Positions 60,489 to 64,000 of a DNA stretch of 64,000 nt are shown here, piece by piece. The position numbers were made by a program, and so were the translations under genes. How positions within the stretch are numbered: position 1 is the stretch's first letter; each line of letters opens with the position of its first letter. The notes under the pieces are model-generated. The model made no database searches. It was not told where the DNA came from and saw only the letters and a list, made by a program, of their open reading frames with translations. Origin of the DNA: Candidatus Krumholzibacteriia bacterium (GTDB taxonomy: Bacteria > Krumholzibacteriota > Krumholzibacteriia > LZORAL124-64-63); assembly GCA_046484865.1 (NCBI GenBank), contig JAWOID010000071.1, positions 14,953 to 78,952 of the forward strand, written 5' to 3'.

Positions 60489-61952
60489 TCAGCCTTCGCG
60501 CAGCCGCTGCTCGAACCAGTGCCGTGTCGCGCTCCCGGCGCTTTCCTCGAGCAGTTGCAGCAGCGCGACCGTGGTCGAGACCCGCGCGTCGGCCACGCGG
60601 CGCAGGAAGGTCAGGTATTCGGCAGAGCCCAGCCGCGCCTCGAGGTCGGCCAGCAGGACCGGCCCCTTGCCGTAGAAGACCGTCTCCGCGTCCTCGCCGC
60701 TGCGCTCGTAGCCCCAGACGGGGGCCACGGACGCCGCGGCCTCGCGCTTGCGGTCGAGCCGGCGGCGGTAAGCCTCCTGCCCGTACAGTTCCCGCACCAG
60801 CAGCAGGGCCGTGTGCTCGGCGAAGCTCTCGTTGAGCCAGTCCTCCCACGTCGTGGCTCCCGCGTTGCGCCACCACGTGTGCGCCAGTTCGTGGCCGAGA
60901 TAGCGGACGTAACCCTCGCGGTTGCGCAGGTAGTCGGCGTCGACGAGCCCCGCCAGGAAGAGGGCCCCGGGCCGGGCATAGCCGCCCCCCCGTTCTCGAC
61001 GCGACTCCACCAGCACCAGTCCGCCCGGCCGTGAGCCGAGCCAGCCGCTGCAGAGGCGGTGGAGCCGCGCGAGGTCCGTCAGCATCGTATCGACCGTGGC
61101 GGCTTGCAGGGCATGATGGACCACCGACACGGCGACGTCTTCGCCCGGCTCGCCCTCGCCGGCCATGCCGCCACAGGCCGGAACACGCACCTTCAGATCC
61201 GGCGCGGCCACCACCACGATGTCCGTGGTCGGCGCGACGGTGCGAAACCGCCAGCCGGCGCCGTCGCGACCGCCCTGGCCGACGGCGAAAACGGTGACGT
61301 CGTCCGGCGCCTGGACGGTCAGGTCGTAGGTGAACGGGGTGCGGTCGGGGTGGAAGGGGAACCACGGGAAGTACAGGCCCATCTCCGTCCAGTCGGCGCC
61401 GAGCACGCTGGCGTTCCACTCCGGCCAGACGGTGATGGTGCCGACGCAGGCGAAGTCCACGGAGACCACCTGGCCAGGGGCGAGCGGCCGGGCGGGCGTG
61501 AAGACCACGCGGGTGGCCTCGGGCATGTAGCGGATCTCGCCGACCGTGGTGTCGCGCCGGCAGCTCCCGGCGACCGGCAGGGGATCCCCCGCCCGGGCCT
61601 CTCCGCCGATTTCCAGGCGAGTGACGGCGAGCTGGCGATGCAGGTAGAACTCCACCCTGTCCAGGCCCGCGGGCGGTACGACCAGACACACGGCCCCGGT
61701 GGCGGTCACGTGCCGGGCGGCCGGGTTCACATCCAGGTGGATCTCGTAATGGACATCGGCCACCGGCAGCGAGGTCGGCGCGGCCGGCGCCCGGACGCCG
61801 TCACCCGCCGCCGCGACCGGCGCGCTCCCGCCCGCGCCGGCCGCGGCCAGGCATGCGGTCGCCAGGCATGCGGTCGCCAGGCATGTCATCGTCAGCGCGG
61901 CGCCGCGACGACCCGCCGCCGGCCATTCAGGTGGAAGCATTCGCCCCTCCAT
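60489..61952 (-). CDS. Secreted M1-family (gluzincin) peptidase
   Basis: ATG at 61952 lies 7 nt after GGAGGG; alternative starts are 61940 and 61889. Signal region RRGAALTMTCLATACLATACLAAAGAGG. Zinc motif GHELAHTWWRN followed by WLNESFAEH. Confidence 0.85.
   Translation of the reverse strand: MEGRMLPPEWPAAGRRGAALTMTCLATACLATACLAAAGAGGSAPVAAAGDGVRAPAAPTSLPVADVHYEIHLDVNPAARHVTATGAVCLVVPPAGLDRVEFYLHRQLAVTRLEIGGEARAGDPLPVAGSCRRDTTVGEIRYMPEATRVVFTPARPLAPGQVVSVDFACVGTITVWPEWNASVLGADWTEMGLYFPWFPFHPDRTPFTYDLTVQAPDDVTVFAVGQGGRDGAGWRFRTVAPTTDIVVVAAPDLKVRVPACGGMAGEGEPGEDVAVSVVHHALQAATVDTMLTDLARLHRLCSGWLGSRPGGLVLVESRRERGGGYARPGALFLAGLVDADYLRNREGYVRYLGHELAHTWWRNAGATTWEDWLNESFAEHTALLLVRELYGQEAYRRRLDRKREAAASVAPVWGYERSGEDAETVFYGKGPVLLADLEARLGSAEYLTFLRRVADARVSTTVALLQLLEESAGSATRHWFEQRLREG
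61851..61885. repeat. In-frame 15-nt tandem duplication (2.3 copies) inside the signal-peptide coding region of the M1 peptidase
   Basis: gcatgcggtcgccag (61851-61865), gcatgcggtcgccag (61866-61880), gcatg (61881-61885). On the coding (minus) strand this encodes the repeated CLATA segment in TCLATACLATACLA. Confidence 0.85.
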
Positions 61953-62096
61953 GCGCCATCCCTCCCTCTGCCCCTTGCCTCGGGGTCGCGACGTCGCGGT
62001 CAGGTGAAGCACCTACGCACGAGGGCCGACGGCGGTTGCGCCGAGGAGCTCCGCCGCGGGGCAGACGCCCGTGAAGGGCCCCCCATCAGCGGCGAT

Positions 62097-62594
62097 CTAG
62101 CCGAGTATGCCGGGATTGAGCTGCCAGATCGCGAAGTTCAGGGCCGCGGCGAAGGTCACCCACACCAGGTAGGGGACCAGCAACGCCCCGGCCAGCGGAC
62201 GCAGGCGCCAGAAGGCGATCATCGTCAGCGAGATCAGAGTCCACAGCAGCAGGATGTCGGCGAAGGCCGCCGCGCCGAGTCGCCAGCCGAAGAAGAGCCA
62301 GCTCCACAGCGCGTTCACCGCGAGTTGCACCAGGAACAGGCCGAGTGGGGTTCGTGCGGCACGAAAGCCGTCGACACGCCAGACCAGCCAGGCCGCGACC
62401 CCCATGAGGGCGTACAGCACCGTCCAGACCGGGCCGAACACCGACGACGGCGGCGCCCAATCCGGACGTGCGAGAAGCGAGTAGAACGATCCGGCCCCGG
62501 CAGTGGCGACGGCACCGATGGCCGCAGCGGCGAAGCTGACCAGAAGCCACGCTGCGAGCCCGATGAACTGCGTGTGCCCGGCGATCCGGCTCAT
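62097..62594 (-). CDS. tspO: TspO/MBR tryptophan-rich sensory protein
   Basis: ATG at 62594 after GAGGAGG. PDWAPPSSVFGPVWTVLYALMGVAAWLVW, LAVNALWSWLFFG and VPYLVWVTFAAALN are canonical TspO motifs. Five TM helices. Confidence 0.9.
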   Translation of the reverse strand: MSRIAGHTQFIGLAAWLLVSFAAAAIGAVATAGAGSFYSLLARPDWAPPSSVFGPVWTVLYALMGVAAWLVWRVDGFRAARTPLGLFLVQLAVNALWSWLFFGWRLGAAAFADILLLWTLISLTMIAFWRLRPLAGALLVPYLVWVTFAAALNFAIWQLNPGILG

Positions 62595-62716
62595 CCTGAA
62601 CCTCCTCGTCCGGAGTGCCGCGGTTCGGCCGGAGCCGGACCGACCGCCGGACGAGCGGCTCCGCCACCGTCGTGACGGAGCCGCTCCCACCGCCGGTCAT
62701 GCACCGCGACGCCCGC

Positions 62717-64000
62717 TCACCTGACCAGCATCATCTTGGCGGTTCGCGTCTCGCCGCCCGCCTGCAGCCGGTACACATAGGTGCCGCTGGGGACCGCGCG
62801 CCCGGCGGCGTCGCAGCCCTGCCAGGTCACGGAATGATGGCCGGCGTCCAGCGACCCGTTCGCCAGGGTGGCCACCAGTCGGCCGCGCAGATCGAACACC
62901 TGCAGGTCCACCCGGCCGCGCACCGGCACGGCGAAGGTGATCGTCGTCGACGGATTGAACGGGTTGGGATGGTTGCCTTCCAGCATCACGGCCCGCGGCG
63001 CCCGATCCTCGATCCCCACCACCACCGCGTAGGTCAGACGCACGCACCATTCGTTCAGTGCGCCGACGTCTCCGCCGGCTCCATCGGATACGGTGAGCGT
63101 CCAGTCACCCTGCATCTCCTCGCCGATCAGCAGGTCCAGATCGCCCGCCGGGGTCAAGGTCGCGGGGTACCAGCCGACCAGGTCGTCGGCGCTGCCGCCG
63201 GAGCGAGCGTGCAGGACCACGTCCGTGCCGCGGGCCGACGTCAGCGTGACGGTGAGGTCGCCGATGTAAGTGTGGGTGATGTCCACCCAAACCTCGACGG
63301 CGGTGATGATGTGCGCATCGGGACAGCCGACCACGTCGATGAAGGTCTGGTGGTCGCCGATCGGTGCGCCGGGACTGCTGCACGCCTCCACGGTGGCCAC
63401 CGGCGAGAGCTGCAGGTCCACCCCGGTCAGGTGCTCGCCATCAACCAGGGTCACGTCGGTCCGGGCCGTCGACCAGCCCGCCATCGAGGCCGTGATCGCA
63501 TAGCTGCCGGCGAACAGTCCGTCCAGGGTATAGCTGCCGTCGGAGTCGGTGACGGTGGTGCCGCCTCCCGGCACGGCCGCCACGGTGATGCCGGCGTGGA
63601 CCGACTGGCCGGCGAGCGTGACGGTGCCGGACACCGACGCGGTCCCGAGTTCATCGGCCAGCAGCCAGTGGACGGCGTTCTCCAGCAGTTCGATGCGCTG
63701 CGCGCCCGCGGCCAGGTAGTTGAAGGTGAAGTACACGATCTGCCCGCCATCCGGCACGGGGTTCGGGTCGTAGCAGATGACGCTCGCTTCCGAGGGATAG
63801 TTGGACCAGGACGCGACCTGCACCGCGTCGGGCAGCGGCACCATGCCGTCGGAGTCGCCGTAGCCGGAGTACGCCAGCGAGATCTGTCCGCTCAGCACGT
63901 TGGGAACGTTCACCACGCGGTGATCGGTGACGTCGATGGTGACCTGCCCGCAACCGTCGTGGTTCCAGTCGTCGGTATGCATCACGTGGGCGGCGAAGTC
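62717..64000 (-). CDS. Secreted multidomain protein (5'-partial): CarboxypepD_reg-like + proprotein-convertase P-domain + FlgD-Ig/T9SS-type tail
   Basis: The reading frame stays open to the window edge and no signal peptide is present in the window. SGTVTLAGQSV..TDSDGSYTLDGLFAGSY (Cna/CarboxypepD_reg-like). HTYIGDLTVTLTSARGTDVVLHARSGG...GDWTLTVSD (P-domain). Tail: PNPFNPSTTI..LQVFDLRGRLV...WQGCDAAG...GTYVYRL...KMMLVR. Confidence 0.7.
   Translation of the reverse strand, partial: DFAAHVMHTDDWNHDGCGQVTIDVTDHRVVNVPNVLSGQISLAYSGYGDSDGMVPLPDAVQVASWSNYPSEASVICYDPNPVPDGGQIVYFTFNYLAAGAQRIELLENAVHWLLADELGTASVSGTVTLAGQSVHAGITVAAVPGGGTTVTDSDGSYTLDGLFAGSYAITASMAGWSTARTDVTLVDGEHLTGVDLQLSPVATVEACSSPGAPIGDHQTFIDVVGCPDAHIITAVEVWVDITHTYIGDLTVTLTSARGTDVVLHARSGGSADDLVGWYPATLTPAGDLDLLIGEEMQGDWTLTVSDGAGGDVGALNEWCVRLTYAVVVGIEDRAPRAVMLEGNHPNPFNPSTTITFAVPVRGRVDLQVFDLRGRLVATLANGSLDAGHHSVTWQGCDAAGRAVPSGTYVYRLQAGGETRTAKMMLVR

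Noticed and set aside
57724-61689. 1321-aa minus-strand ORF, plus overlapping ORFs 57119-60178 (-) and 57832-60675 (+)
   Set aside because: The real gene is the M14 carboxypeptidase starting at ATG 60345 with a signal peptide. The upstream 448 codons run out of frame through the M1 peptidase gene. The other two ORFs are frame or antisense shadows without motifs.
62013-62096. Intergenic gaps around tspO and the M1 peptidase (also 53327-53593) checked for tRNA or small RNA genes
   Set aside because: No cloverleaf-compatible arms, no conserved T-loop (GTTCGAATC-like) sequence, and no strong hairpins were found by eye.

Overview
High-GC (about two-thirds G+C in hand-counted sample lines) bacterial chromosomal segment, densely coding. 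I call 46 CDS; I saw no rRNA, tRNA, CRISPR array, transposase or integrase. All family names come from motifs I recognise in the supplied translations, not from searches. Start codons were chosen using Shine-Dalgarno-like purine runs and ATGA/GTGA overlaps, so many differ from the ORF-track starts. Many long ORFs in the track are antisense or out-of-frame artefacts of high GC (see rejected list).

Content:
- Housekeeping and metabolism: cysS; class II photolyase coupled to a ybgA-like gene; methylmalonyl-CoA mutase mutA-mutB with meaB about 12 kb away; a Bacillus-style fadR / fadN-fadA-fadE beta-oxidation locus with a recognisable promoter and FadR-box; two aldo/keto reductases; dus; tspO; a PEBP protein.
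- Sensing: an orphan HisKA_3 kinase and a 1511-aa beta-propeller hybrid kinase.
- An unusually large set of exported hydrolases: S1, C1, M28, M14 and M1 peptidases, a P-domain protein, a metallophosphoesterase, and an MA-peptidase/TolB-propeller/Omp85-barrel fusion. Four of them end in the same about 85-aa PNPFNP...GVY..RL C-terminal tail (FlgD-Ig / T9SS-type sorting-domain-like). That suggests an FCB-group-like, proteolytic organism (inference only).

Best candidate for an undescribed system: an orphan two-gene MotA/MotB-like module at 19834-21828. The A subunit has MotA topology and a coiled-coil tail. The B subunit keeps the invariant Asp transmembrane helix but replaces the canonical plug/OmpA domain with about 160 residues of coiled coil plus a small C-terminal domain. 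No flagellar, Tol, Ton, gliding or Zorya partner genes are nearby.

Secondary points of interest: the Omp85-barrel fusion protein, a PCMT-erythromycin-esterase-like fusion operon, a CxxC..CxxC insertion in CysRS, a pseudo-receiver plus low-complexity linker in the hybrid kinase, an EcsC-phosphoesterase operon, and several small intergenic or in-frame tandem repeats.
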